This document shows positions 9,604 through 18,604 of a DNA stretch of 36,063 nt, in pieces. Position numbers and translations under genes: made by a program. Source of the DNA: a virus (Duplodnaviria; Caudoviricetes); IMG/VR virus record IMGVR_UViG_3300036942_000109, positions 1 to 36,063 of that record. One strand, 5' to 3'. The notes beneath the pieces were generated by a model that saw only the letters and a program-made list of their open reading frames with translations, made no database searches and was not told the DNA's origin. Numbering within the stretch: position 1 is the first letter of the stretch; each line of letters opens with the position of its first letter.

Positions 9604-10437
9604 TTAATATTCTTTTATTGTTTTTGCTGTTTCAAAATCTAAAGCTGTTACAAATTGCTTCCAAACCCCAGCATTTTTTGCCTGCATTTCCCCTGTTAAT
9701 GTTTGTGCAGACGTTCCGTCTATCATTCCACCATCTGAGAATGTCTTGACTAAGAAAGAACCCTGATAAAACACCTCGTTTGCACCTCTTCCTCTTGGAA
9801 TTATAGCTTGAACAGGACATCCAACATTAAACATAAGCCTTTCAAGTTGAACTTGAGAAGGTAGGTTGGGCATATAGAACCCTGATAAACTAGGATTAGC
9901 CGTGATTTTCCCCGGTAAGTTTGTAGCAACTGCACCAGATAAATTTGTATCTGTTGTTATATCAGCACTCCCAAAATCAAATCCAACCTCTGATATCCCC
10001 CAAACTTCTTGCCATCTGCTCTCAAAAGGTACTGCTGTATCTGGTGTTCCTTCTATTGTTGCATTCAATACAACCGCTGTATCTGTAGTGAATGCAGATG
10101 ATTCAACTTTATACCACTTAAGAGTTGTATCTGTTGTATAGTTGTCTATTGCGTCAAAATCAGCTTTTGTGTATAAGGCCACATAGTGTCCAGCGGGAAA
10201 TTCTTCTGTAACATCAACTCCAGTTACAGTGAAAGTGTTTGTAGCACTTGTTCCTGTGTATTCTATAGCCTTTGGTATAGCTTTTTGAATAGTTCCTCCA
10301 GCTGTGTATTCATCATTGTCTTTGACTTCTGCATATTTTTCAACAGCCGTTTTGACAAATTGAGAATTAGCAAGAATGAACAATCCTCTTTGCCCTTGAG
10401 CCTGCCTTGCTGTCAAGCCGTTACAAGTATCTGCCAT
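9604..10437 (-). CDS. Major tail tube protein
   Basis: 277 aa, beta-rich; follows the neck genes and precedes the chaperones. Confidence 0.65.
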   Translation of the reverse strand: MADTCNGLTARQAQGQRGLFILANSQFVKTAVEKYAEVKDNDEYTAGGTIQKAIPKAIEYTGTSATNTFTVTGVDVTEEFPAGHYVALYTKADFDAIDNYTTDTTLKWYKVESSAFTTDTAVVLNATIEGTPDTAVPFESRWQEVWGISEVGFDFGSADITTDTNLSGAVATNLPGKITANPSLSGFYMPNLPSQVQLERLMFNVGCPVQAIIPRGRGANEVFYQGSFLVKTFSDGGMIDGTSAQTLTGEMQAKNAGVWKQFVTALDFETAKTIKEY

Positions 10438-10781
10438 TATATCCCTCCTCTATTGATTCTAAAATTATAAACGTACTCATAGCTGTTATTATTAAACCCC
10501 AACATCACAGTGTTTATATTCATAACGTCAGTACATTCTCTTATTTTTCTTATTATGTCCGTTGCTTCGCTTTTTGCTTTTTCATATGCTTTGCTTGAAT
10601 TTGTATCTGTTCTTCTTACAAATAACTGTACATATTCCTCACCTGTTAGATTGCTTGTATCTGCTCCGTTGTATTCGTTAAGACAAGTACATTCAGTTTC
10701 TGAGCTGTAAGAACCTACTAGAATCGGAATATTGTAGTTATCCCACATATATTTTTGAATCTTTATCAGATTAGAAGCCAT
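10437..10781 (-). CDS. Probable tail terminator/completion protein
   Basis: Size, synteny and VQLFVR...YVYNFRI pattern. Confidence 0.5.
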   Translation of the reverse strand: MASNLIKIQKYMWDNYNIPILVGSYSSETECTCLNEYNGADTSNLTGEEYVQLFVRRTDTNSSKAYEKAKSEATDIIRKIRECTDVMNINTVMLGFNNNSYEYVYNFRINRGGI

Positions 10782-11133
10782 TTAATTTTAGCCCCCTTTT
10801 TATTGCCTTTTGCATATATCTACCAGCATGATTTATAACGGGATTTTCAAGATATTTAGCTCCTGTCCCTGGTTCGCTCCATCTAGGAGAAGGATTTAAC
10901 CACTCGTGAACCTTAAGATTGTAAGGTGCTAGATTTCCTCTTGACCGCCAATAAAAAAACATTTGTTTTCTGTTCATGTGCTTTGTGTCAAGAGATTTTC
11001 TCAAATCTCCATTATCAATTGGTGTAACTGGTATTATCTGTTCTGTCAAAACCATTTCGCCTGCTTTGTTTATTTCATTAATTGTTGTTTCTAACATTTT
11101 TTTTATAACTGAATTATCTAAATTTTTATACAT
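10771..11133 (-). CDS. Neck protein (HK97 gp10/minor capsid-like)
   Basis: TPIDNGDLRKS...YNLKVHE...GTGAKYLE motif. Confidence 0.7.
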   Translation of the reverse strand: MYKNLDNSVIKKMLETTINEINKAGEMVLTEQIIPVTPIDNGDLRKSLDTKHMNRKQMFFYWRSRGNLAPYNLKVHEWLNPSPRWSEPGTGAKYLENPVINHAGRYMQKAIKRGLKLNGF

Positions 11134-11479
11134 AGATTATCCACTCGCTCCCCTCGATACCAGCTCTAACCTCAGCCATCGTTGGGCTACTCTGTGATGA
11201 GATAGGCTTGTACGCTTCCTTAGAAGGTTCTGCACCTAAAGAATGTCCTAACTCTAGCTTGTAAGTTTTTTCTTTGATATCAAGCTTTTCGCTAATTACA
11301 AATCTTGCATAACTTGTAACTTCTGAACCTGTTTTGTCAAGTGTTTTTCTAGTCTTTTCTATGAACTCGCCTTGTATTAATTTCTTTGTCCATCCGTCCT
11401 CATAAGGATTTCCTGAACTTGATAACTCCCACAAGGTTATATCTGTAACCATATGACCTAACCTAGTAGCAAGCCCCAT
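11126..11479 (-). CDS. Head closure/head-tail adaptor
   Basis: Synteny; GNPY...LDKTGSEVTSYARF pattern. Confidence 0.55.
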   Translation of the reverse strand: MGLATRLGHMVTDITLWELSSSGNPYEDGWTKKLIQGEFIEKTRKTLDKTGSEVTSYARFVISEKLDIKEKTYKLELGHSLGAEPSKEAYKPISSQSSPTMAEVRAGIEGSEWIIYV

Positions 11480-11480
11480 A

Positions 11481-11903
11481 CTAAGTCACCTCTTTTCCTA
11501 TCATAGAAGCTTTTGGAATCCAAGAATATATGAAGTCTATAGCATTCTTTGAATAGAACATAGAGTATTTTTGATATTTCAAGTTACTATCTTGATAAGA
11601 AGCAGAAGCACTAGAGGTACTTTCAGACTTAAGCCCAGCTGTAAGAAATACCAAATCTTGCTTTCCGCTTGCTATTGCTCCAGCTTCGTATATGCATCCA
11701 TACTTAATTTGAGCAGGTACATATGTTTGATTCAGTAGAGGAAATACATTTTCTTGACCCTCTACCAAATCATTTCCAAAGCCAGTCATTATTGAATCTA
11801 TCTTGATTGTAGCTATATTAAGTGCATTTTGCTTTGCTGTATCATCTACAGCCCAGTCATCACCTAATACGTTGTTTGCTTCTTCTATAGTAGCGTAAGC
11901 CAT
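11481..11903 (-). CDS. Head-tail connector protein
   Basis: MAYATIEEA...ALNIATIKID...FP...VPAQIKYGCIYEA pattern; follows the capsid gene. Confidence 0.65.
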   Translation of the reverse strand: MAYATIEEANNVLGDDWAVDDTAKQNALNIATIKIDSIMTGFGNDLVEGQENVFPLLNQTYVPAQIKYGCIYEAGAIASGKQDLVFLTAGLKSESTSSASASYQDSNLKYQKYSMFYSKNAIDFIYSWIPKASMIGKEVT

Positions 11904-11912
11904 TTAGACCAC

Positions 11913-12161
11913 CTACCCTTTTTCTAATTCAATAAGTATATCTATCAAATCAGATTTTGTGCTTGAACTTTTTGGGTTTACTCCTAGTTCGTTTATTTTT
12001 TCTGTTAATTGCTTAACTGTTAATTCTTCTAGTTCTGATTTTTTAACAACTAACTTTGATTCTGTTTTTCCGTCTAATTTCCACCCTCTTCTAAGATATT
12101 CATTGACATTTCTATCATCACAAGTTTTAGTTATGTTGTTTTTAGTTATTGAATGTTTCAT
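11913..12161 (-). CDS. Small post-capsid protein with a Rho-N/HeH-like C-terminus
   Basis: LEELTVKQLTEKINELGV...TKSDLIDIL. Confidence 0.55.
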   Translation of the reverse strand: MKHSITKNNITKTCDDRNVNEYLRRGWKLDGKTESKLVVKKSELEELTVKQLTEKINELGVNPKSSSTKSDLIDILIELEKG

Positions 12162-12171
12162 AATCTACCCC

Positions 12172-13074
12172 CTAAGTTGTTTTATGGTGAAGGTAAACTC
12201 CAACTTTTTTATTGTCCATAACGAAAAGGTCATGATTAACTCTGAATTTCATTATATCTTGATAACCTGTTTGATTAGCCGAAGCAGGAATGATGTCCAT
12301 AGGGTTATATTTTACAACTGCACCTCTAACTGCTGGAACGTGCACGAGTAAGAAGTTTATATCTTTACCTGTAGTTACATTTTTTACATATCCAAACGAG
12401 CTTGACCCATCATTAAGTGTTATAGCTGTGTAAAATCTTGTTCTAGGTATTTTTATTACTTGAACACCTTTGTAAGAAGTTACTCTTGTTCCTATATTCC
12501 CAGAAATTTCCATCACATTTACATTTTTGTCGAAAGCGTCCAATTGTTCCAATAGAGAAACAACCTCTATAGACGCATAAATTCTTCTATCACTTTCTGG
12601 TATTTCTGCTTCATCCATAGCGTTTAATGCTGTGTCTAGAGCTGTTTTAACTGTAGAAGCTGTCAAGTCTGCTACAACCGTAGTTCCTGCATAGCCAGAA
12701 AGCTTAGCAAATCTGTAGGCGTCCATTTCAGGTATTACCTTAGTCCTTAAAAATTCAGCACCTAATCGTCCAAATGCTATAGCTTGAGTTTCTTCATTGT
12801 CCATAGGGTCTACATTGAATATAGTACCTCTATCTATTTCTAGTGTGTGAGTTTCAGTTGTAACGGTTACAGAACCCTTTGGCAAGTCTCCGTTTCTGTC
12901 AACGTCCCCTAATCCGTCCATTGTCATTTTTCTCATTTTTACTGTATTTACATCCACAAAATTTATCATATCTGGTGAAGCTGTTAAATCAATCGTCTTA
13001 GCTTCTGCTTGGTATGTAGCGTCAAGAATTGGTAGGAACTTATCCCCCAAAGCTGCACTTATATTATTCGCCAT
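12172..13074 (-). CDS. Major capsid protein
   Basis: 300 aa after the scaffold gene; DGLGD...VDPMDNEET...EFLRTKVIPEMDAYRFAKL...HDLFVMDNKK pattern of siphophage capsids. Confidence 0.88.
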   Translation of the reverse strand: MANNISAALGDKFLPILDATYQAEAKTIDLTASPDMINFVDVNTVKMRKMTMDGLGDVDRNGDLPKGSVTVTTETHTLEIDRGTIFNVDPMDNEETQAIAFGRLGAEFLRTKVIPEMDAYRFAKLSGYAGTTVVADLTASTVKTALDTALNAMDEAEIPESDRRIYASIEVVSLLEQLDAFDKNVNVMEISGNIGTRVTSYKGVQVIKIPRTRFYTAITLNDGSSSFGYVKNVTTGKDINFLLVHVPAVRGAVVKYNPMDIIPASANQTGYQDIMKFRVNHDLFVMDNKKVGVYLHHKTT

Positions 13075-13086
13075 ATTTTATTCCTC

Positions 13087-13689
13087 CTATTTTTCATATT
13101 TTTTTAAATGTTCAGGGATTTTTAATCCAGCCCCTTTAAACATTTTATATTGCAGAATTTCGTCTTTTTCTTGTTTTTTCTGTTCTTCCGTCTTAATATT
13201 AGGTGTCGAAGCAGGTGGAGTATTAGGCTGTCTGGGTGTTTGTGGTTTTAATTTTTCCAACATATCCAACCCTTGCCAATTTCCATCTTCTCCCTTTTGT
13301 ATCTTATCAAGAGCTATGATATCTTTTACACTCTCAAAAGTTTCTTTTCCTAACACGTCTTTTATAACAGATTCTTTTTCTAAGTTTGTATATTTCCCTT
13401 GCCATTCTTCTAATTGTGAGCTAGGAACAAATTTAGTTTTCAAGTCTTCTTCTGTTATTTCTTCTTTTCCTAGCAATTTTCCATACACTTTTTTTCTATG
13501 AGTATCGAATAGTCTATCTGACAAAGATTGATTCTCTTTCAAATATCCCATCACTGCCTCATCGTTAATTTGTGCAGGCACTTCTTTTGTTACTTCTTTT
13601 TCTACTGTGTACATAGATTTTAATTCATTTTGCACTTCTTCATTTGAGTTGATAAACTCCATTACTGCTTCTTTTGTTATTTCTGACAT
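13087..13689 (-). CDS. Capsid scaffolding protein
   Basis: Start MSEITK after GGAGG; charged helical protein with a Pro-rich linker, directly upstream of the capsid gene. Confidence 0.65.
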   Translation of the reverse strand: MSEITKEAVMEFINSNEEVQNELKSMYTVEKEVTKEVPAQINDEAVMGYLKENQSLSDRLFDTHRKKVYGKLLGKEEITEEDLKTKFVPSSQLEEWQGKYTNLEKESVIKDVLGKETFESVKDIIALDKIQKGEDGNWQGLDMLEKLKPQTPRQPNTPPASTPNIKTEEQKKQEKDEILQYKMFKGAGLKIPEHLKKYEK

Positions 13690-13743
13690 TTTTCCTCCAT
13701 TCCGCACGATTTCCACCGCACAAAATTATTTTTTAACTAGTTT

Positions 13744-13759
13744 ATTACTAATTAGTAAT
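13744..13759. promoter_or_regulatory. 16-bp palindromic operator, copy B (ATTACTAATTAGTAAT)
   Basis: Perfect palindrome directly after TATAAT (minus strand), upstream of scaffold/capsid. Confidence 0.75.
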
Positions 13760-13776
13760 ATTATAGCTTATAGCGG

Positions 13777-14943
13777 TTAAAAATGCAACTCCCCACTTTC
13801 TTCATATCTTTCAACTTGACCTTTAAGCTCTTTCATATTGCTTCTTTGCCTTGTGTTAGTTTCTTTCAGTCTCTTTAGTTTCCTTTTGTCTTTTTCTGTT
13901 TTGTCTTTTCCAACGCTTTCAATAGATTTTCTTTCAAGCAGATTCTTTTTGTTCCTTCTTTTGATAGCGTGGTATTTCTGTATGTTGTCATATCTTTTCT
14001 TTGAAGCTTTACTCCTGCGGTCTTTGAAGGGTAGTTTTGATATCCTCTCATTCTTTTCTACTCTTTCGCTGTATTCTTCTACATACAAGCTGATTCTATG
14101 TTTGCATCGGGGATGTATGGAAAAATAAGTTAAAAAATTTGGTATGACCCCTATCCAAGGGTACTTGTCATCTTTTGACATTGAATATACTCTGCCTACT
14201 CCGTCAGTTTCTGCATATATAGCGCATAGCTCGCAATGTGTAGCGTGTGAGCTGAACTGATACCTTTCTACTCCCAACTTCTCCCCTACGTCTGAAACGC
14301 CCTTATTCACGATATAAGCGATTTTTGAATTAACTTGAATGTCAGCATAGGTTTCTAAGTTAATACGTCTTATACGCCCTTTTGAGTCGATATAGTTATA
14401 TGAAGTCATGCCATAGTCAGTCAAGTTATCCATCAATCTTTTTATGGCAACTTTTTTAGGGTCTCCGCCTACTACGATATTTTCCAGCTCTTTTGCTGTA
14501 GCGTCTTCTATGAATCTTCTGTTTTGATTATCCCAAACCTTTAATTGTGCTGATAACTGTGTATAATAAGCCCCTCTACCACCTGCCATAGTCTTTGAGA
14601 AGTCTGTAGCAAGTAACTTAACGTCTTTGTCTGATATTCTGTTGAAATCTGAAACTTTAGGGACTGTTTTCCCTGTCATAGTTTCATAATCTTTTATAAC
14701 TTGCTCGGCGTTAATCTTGTATATTTCATCAAAAGATCTTATGAATTCTTTGTCCACTTTCCCTAACGCTTCAAGTATCTCTTGTAACTGTCTTAATAGA
14801 GATAATTTCTTAAGCTTGTTCATAGTTCCGTTGCTGTGATATAGCGTTTCGTCCTGTATGGCTCTTAATAACTCATCTGCTAGTTTCTTGTATTGTCTAC
14901 TGTATATTCTAATCTTTTCTTCTGCTATCTCTTGAAAGTCCAT
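13777..14943 (-). CDS. Minor capsid/head morphogenesis protein (phage minor capsid 2-like)
   Basis: DSKGR...LETYADI...SSHATHCELC...GRVYS...HPRCKH Cys/His motifs. Confidence 0.8.
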   Translation of the reverse strand: MDFQEIAEEKIRIYSRQYKKLADELLRAIQDETLYHSNGTMNKLKKLSLLRQLQEILEALGKVDKEFIRSFDEIYKINAEQVIKDYETMTGKTVPKVSDFNRISDKDVKLLATDFSKTMAGGRGAYYTQLSAQLKVWDNQNRRFIEDATAKELENIVVGGDPKKVAIKRLMDNLTDYGMTSYNYIDSKGRIRRINLETYADIQVNSKIAYIVNKGVSDVGEKLGVERYQFSSHATHCELCAIYAETDGVGRVYSMSKDDKYPWIGVIPNFLTYFSIHPRCKHRISLYVEEYSERVEKNERISKLPFKDRRSKASKKRYDNIQKYHAIKRRNKKNLLERKSIESVGKDKTEKDKRKLKRLKETNTRQRSNMKELKGQVERYEESGELHF

Positions 14944-14983
14944 ATGACACCTCCTAGGCTTATTATATCATTTTAATAGGAAT

Positions 14984-15006
14984 AAAAAAAGAGGTCGAAA
15001 CCTCTT
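14984..15006 (-). terminator. Intrinsic terminator closing the accessory/rep block
   Basis: AAGAGG/CCTCTT stem plus T-run. Confidence 0.75.
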
Positions 15007-15202
15007 AAGTTAGTCTAAAGTTTATTTTCATAGTTGAATTTTCAAGTTTTTCTACAGCTTCCCAAAATTTAGAAACACTTTTTTTATATTTGTTGAAAGT
15101 ATAACTCATATTTGTTCTGTTTCTCCAAACATTTTTAGGTCTTTTCATTTTATTATAAGCTTTCATATAATCACTCCTTTTAACAATCTGGGTTATATCC
15201 AT
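15005..15202 (-). CDS. Small basic hypothetical protein (start may be MKAYNK at 15166)
   Basis: ORF between the repA-like gene and the terminator; GGAG precedes 15166. Confidence 0.5.
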   Translation of the reverse strand: MDITQIVKRSDYMKAYNKMKRPKNVWRNRTNMSYTFNKYKKSVSKFWEAVEKLENSTMKINFRLT

Positions 15203-16028
15203 CTATATCAAATCTCTGCAACTCTACTATTCCAAGTTTGCTCATAACATAACCTAACGTTTTATAGCTGTATAAGTCTTGCATAGAATAGTATTTCCTA
15301 TCTAACATGAAATAAAAGTCCAACATATCAAATATTTGTTCCCAATTTTTGCAAACTTCACACACTGTATCATTTATCTGCTCTATAATGTTATCGAATT
15401 GTTCTTTGTTTAATTTATAGTGATTTATACCGTATTCTAGAAATTTATGATATGTTTTTTCTAATATTTCTCTAATCACTTCACTATTTGTATGTTTAGC
15501 TATATCCTCTTTGAATTCTGATATATTTTTATATCTGCAGTCAAGTAGACTGTGTCTACCCTTAATATATGTTTTTTTGTTATTAATAGAGTTATTATGA
15601 TTATAGTTATTATTATTAGCGTCTACGTTCGTGTACTTCTGTGTTTCCATTTGTGTACTACTGTGTTCACGTTCGTGTACTACTGTTGATTTTAATACGT
15701 TAGAGAGGTAGAACTTGCTAGAAGTGTTAAATCCTTTTTCTTGTAGTATCAGCTCTTTTTCCTTTAAACAGTTGATTCCTTTGGCTATACTGCCTTTAGA
15801 TTTTAAATCCAATATTTCCATAAGTTCTTCATAAGAATACTTTATAAAAACATTTCCATCTTTATCTAACCATTTGTTATAAGCAGATAATTTCAGCCTG
15901 TCAAAAAACTCTACATAAATTTTAAAAGCCAATTCGTTGATTTCTTTTTTCAGATACATATCCCATATAAATCTTGGAATTTGTAAGAAATTAAAATCTT
16001 TCAAATCGGCTTGCTTAATATAATTCAT
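15180..16028 (-). CDS. repA: Plasmid-type replication initiator, RepA_N family
   Basis: FLQIP...AFKIY...DRLKLS..NKWLDKDGNVFIKYSYEELMEIL...LKEKELI matches the RepA_N winged helix; ATG at 16028 after GGAGG; internal iterons. Confidence 0.82.
   Translation of the reverse strand: MNYIKQADLKDFNFLQIPRFIWDMYLKKEINELAFKIYVEFFDRLKLSAYNKWLDKDGNVFIKYSYEELMEILDLKSKGSIAKGINCLKEKELILQEKGFNTSSKFYLSNVLKSTVVHEREHSSTQMETQKYTNVDANNNNYNHNNSINNKKTYIKGRHSLLDCRYKNISEFKEDIAKHTNSEVIREILEKTYHKFLEYGINHYKLNKEQFDNIIEQINDTVCEVCKNWEQIFDMLDFYFMLDRKYYSMQDLYSYKTLGYVMSKLGIVELQRFDIDGYNPDC
15625..15690. repeat. Three 22-bp iteron-like direct repeats beside an AT-rich tract (putative oriV inside repA)
   Basis: GTGTACT(T/A)CTGT cores at 15631, 15653 and 15675 (exact 22-bp period); (TTA)n tract at about 15575-15620. 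Confidence 0.75.
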
Positions 16029-16036
16029 ATTTACCT

Positions 16037-16157
16037 CCACATTTCCCACAACTCTTTAAAATTAGTCGGAGGTTAAGTTGATGTGGGACAACTATACAAA
16101 GGCTCATGACTTCCTTTGCCAACCTCGACTATTATTAATTTCTTACACTGCATTATA
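16037..16157 (-). promoter_or_regulatory. repA promoter and structured 5' leader
   Basis: TGCTATAAT extended -10; outer stem 16063-16074/16121-16131 encloses two hairpins; one loop is complementary to RBS-proximal sequence. Confidence 0.6.
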
Positions 16158-16182
16158 GCATAAAATTACTGGTTTCACTATG

Positions 16183-17462
16183 TTAAAACATACTAATTTG
16201 TTCTTTTTCTTTTTCTTCTTTACACAAATCTTTTATATCGTTCGGCAGATAATCGGGTTTAGTCTTTAATCCTAATACCTGCATAACGTGTTCATAGTTA
16301 AGTTCTTTCATCAAATAATTATATAATTTTGGGTGTGTTTTACTCAATTCAACTATTCTATTAGTACCTGTTTTTTGTTCTTCTATATGACATCCAAACA
16401 AGCAACCATAACACATATTATTCCATTGTTTCCAATGGTACGGACTAACTCTTCATCTTTTCCAAGATGTGCGATGTTTCGAACGGTGGTAAACTCCGCC
16501 CTACTCCCCAACGGGATAGTCTCTACACTCTTTTTTGATTTTGTTTGTTTAGGTGATTACTACAACATACACCAAACAAACAACAAAATCAAATAAATAG
16601 CACGGGATTGGCATATTTTTTAAACTTAGCTTTCCCCGTTAGCCTGCTTCCAGACACCGCTTACCAAGCGTTAATCGCATTATTATAACCAACATCACTG
16701 TTGGAAACGGCTGTTTTACGAACCTGTTCTTGTTCTACCGTATTTAGTATACATTTCAGAAATTTCTAAATTAAATTCTTTTATGTACTGCCATATATCT
16801 TCCTCTTTCCAAAATCCAAGAGGTTTGCTTTGAGGATTTTTAGAGTTGAAACTATTACATCCAGTTTTTAAATAGCTTCTTTTCCTGCCGATGCTTTCGG
16901 AAGACATAACCCCAACAATGGCTTTTCTTTGAGTAGTTTTATTATAATTTTTTATAGGTTCTTTTTTTAGAACGTCACAACACTTATCGCTGATTTTAAA
17001 CGGTGCATTTGCTAAATATTTCCATTTTTCGCTTATTTTCCAACTTCCGTTTTTGCCTTCCCATCTTAGTTTTTTGGTTTTTTCTGATTTTGCATTTCTA
17101 TATTGCGATATATATTGTGATTGCTCTTTACTCACAACAGGGTACCCATATTTCTCAACAACATCTTTGAATTTCATTTTTGGGCATATCACATCTATAT
17201 TATATCCTTGTTTTTTTCTCATAATAACTTGTTTAATGGTTTCTGGAAATTCTTGTCCTGTATTTGAAAAAACAGCTTTTATATTAGGATATAAGCTTCT
17301 ACATATATCTAATAGAACTTCGCTATCTTTACCTCCACTATAGGCAACATAAACACCATCTAATCCAAATTCTTCTACCCACTCTTGTATTCTTAGTTTT
17401 GTTTTAGATATTTTAATGTCCAAGGGCAGGGATTGTAGCATAATCAATTCGTTATGCGTCAT
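16183..17462 (-). CDS. PAPS-reductase-like (PP-loop) protein, spliced: exon 1 17462-16722, exon 2 16413-16183, about 323 aa
   Basis: AYSGGKDS PP-loop, NTGQEFPE and KCCDVLKKEP motifs; splicing restores RTRTG|CYGCLFG. Confidence 0.85.
16414..16721 (-). ncRNA. Group I self-splicing intron, 308 nt, no ORF
   Basis: 5' exon ends GGU, pairing with GCC in P1 (U-G wobble); core elements GCUAACGGGGAA, CAAUCCCGUG, GUAGAGACUA and AAGAGUUAGUCC; terminal G; AACA/UGUU P10; exons join in frame. Confidence 0.92.
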
Positions 17463-17534
17463 AACCATCACCATTAACAGGCTTAACTTCTTTCTCCAAA
17501 CTTCTATATTTTTTATAATTTCCAAATTTGTATG

Positions 17535-18164
17535 TCATATTTTATATTCCACCCCCAGTACTGCACACTCACCAAAAAAGTCTAATGAAAAATCAAACTT
17601 CTTATAGGTGTAACCAGCTCCAACAGTCCCTATAACGCCTATATCGTCGAATAAGACGAAATTGGACTTTTCAGCATAGTAAGTGTTACCCTCTCGGTGA
17701 TAAATGTCTCCATCACGCTCATATCCCTTTACAACACCTAGTCCCCACCTAAGAAACCAGTCTCTTTTTTCTTTGTCGTCCTCTTTTCTATAATACTTTT
17801 TATCTATCATGATCAAGTAAGAATCGTTATAGTAACTATTTTCAAAATAAGTGAAAGTAATTGAAATATTGTTTTTCTCTACACCTAACTGGATTAATTG
17901 ATTTTCGGAGAAAAGGCCCTCGTTCAAGTTATCTGTGAACAAGTGCTGTGTATAAGGACTTAATCCTATTGTGATATCAAAATCCCTTTCAGCAGGTTCG
18001 ATTTCTCTTTCTGCTATGTACTTAAGTATCTCTCCACTATTGTCAACTATATATTCAGAAGTTACTCTGAACAGCTCTTTAACTTGATTATACGTTGTAT
18101 CTTCTGCGCTTGTTATGCTGCATATCATCAGCATTAGAAATGCTATCATCATTTTTTTAATCAT
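17535..18164 (-). CDS. Signal-peptide-bearing outer-membrane beta-barrel, PagP-like
   Basis: Start MIKKMMIAFLML...AE; YTQH, FENSY and GVVKGY motifs; alternating beta strands; C-terminal VEYKI. Confidence 0.55.
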   Translation of the reverse strand: MIKKMMIAFLMLMICSITSAEDTTYNQVKELFRVTSEYIVDNSGEILKYIAEREIEPAERDFDITIGLSPYTQHLFTDNLNEGLFSENQLIQLGVEKNNISITFTYFENSYYNDSYLIMIDKKYYRKEDDKEKRDWFLRWGLGVVKGYERDGDIYHREGNTYYAEKSNFVLFDDIGVIGTVGAGYTYKKFDFSLDFFGECAVLGVEYKI

Positions 18165-18339
18165 TTTTAATCCTCCTATATTTCCCGTTAACAACTTCTT
18201 CCCCTTCACTCAAAAACAAAGGGTCTTCTATGTCGTCGTAATAAACCTCGCTGTCTATTTCAAACCTAAGATTTTTTTCTTTCGTGTAACTTACATACAG
18301 CACCAAAACTGCCATTATGCACAAGAATATATATCCCAT
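18157..18339 (-). CDS. Small single-TM hypothetical protein
   Basis: Hydrophobic N-terminus; start overlaps the upstream stop. Confidence 0.55.
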   Translation of the reverse strand: MGYIFLCIMAVLVLYVSYTKEKNLRFEIDSEVYYDDIEDPLFLSEGEEVVNGKYRRIKND

Positions 18340-18488
18340 TACTCTTCCTCCTTCAATTCTTCTATCGTTACGTTATACTTCTTCCCTAACTCCGCCTTAA
18401 TCATTCTAAGAACAGGTGCAGGGATTATAAACCCTTTGCTCGTTCCGTTTTTGGCGAGCTTGATTTCAAGCTCTATTTTACTTTTCAT
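18339..18488 (-). CDS. 49-aa AbrB/SpoVT-like DNA-binding protein (not in ORF track)
   Basis: MKSKIELEIKLAKNGTSKGFIIPAPVLRMIKAELGKKYNVTIEE; AGGAG RBS; first gene of the accessory block. Confidence 0.65.
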   Translation of the reverse strand: MKSKIELEIKLAKNGTSKGFIIPAPVLRMIKAELGKKYNVTIEELKEEE

Positions 18489-18579
18489 TCTAATCACTCC
18501 TTTTATATTTTTTTTATCTTATTAATATCTTATACCATAATTAACCTTTTATCAACAAGAAAAATAGATAAAAATAGAT

Positions 18580-18602
18580 AAAAAAAGAGGGATAAACCCT
18601 CT
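18580..18602 (-). terminator. Intrinsic terminator after the portal gene
   Basis: AGAGGG/CCCTCT stem plus T-run. Confidence 0.75.
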
Positions 18603-18604
18603 AA

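Noticed and set aside
9632-9820. Alternative-frame ORF inside the major tail gene
   Set aside because: Short, with no RBS or slippery site seen.
16183-16416. 77-aa track ORF as an independent gene
   Set aside because: Its ATG is the intron's last three bases; it is exon 2 of the PP-loop gene.
16333-16596. Plus-strand ORF as an intron homing endonuclease
   Set aside because: Antisense to the intron, with no HNH, GIY-YIG or LAGLIDADG motif.
18560-18586. AAAATAGATA tandem repeat as a tubC centromere
   Set aside because: Only two low-complexity copies, merged with a terminator tail and far from the tubulin gene.
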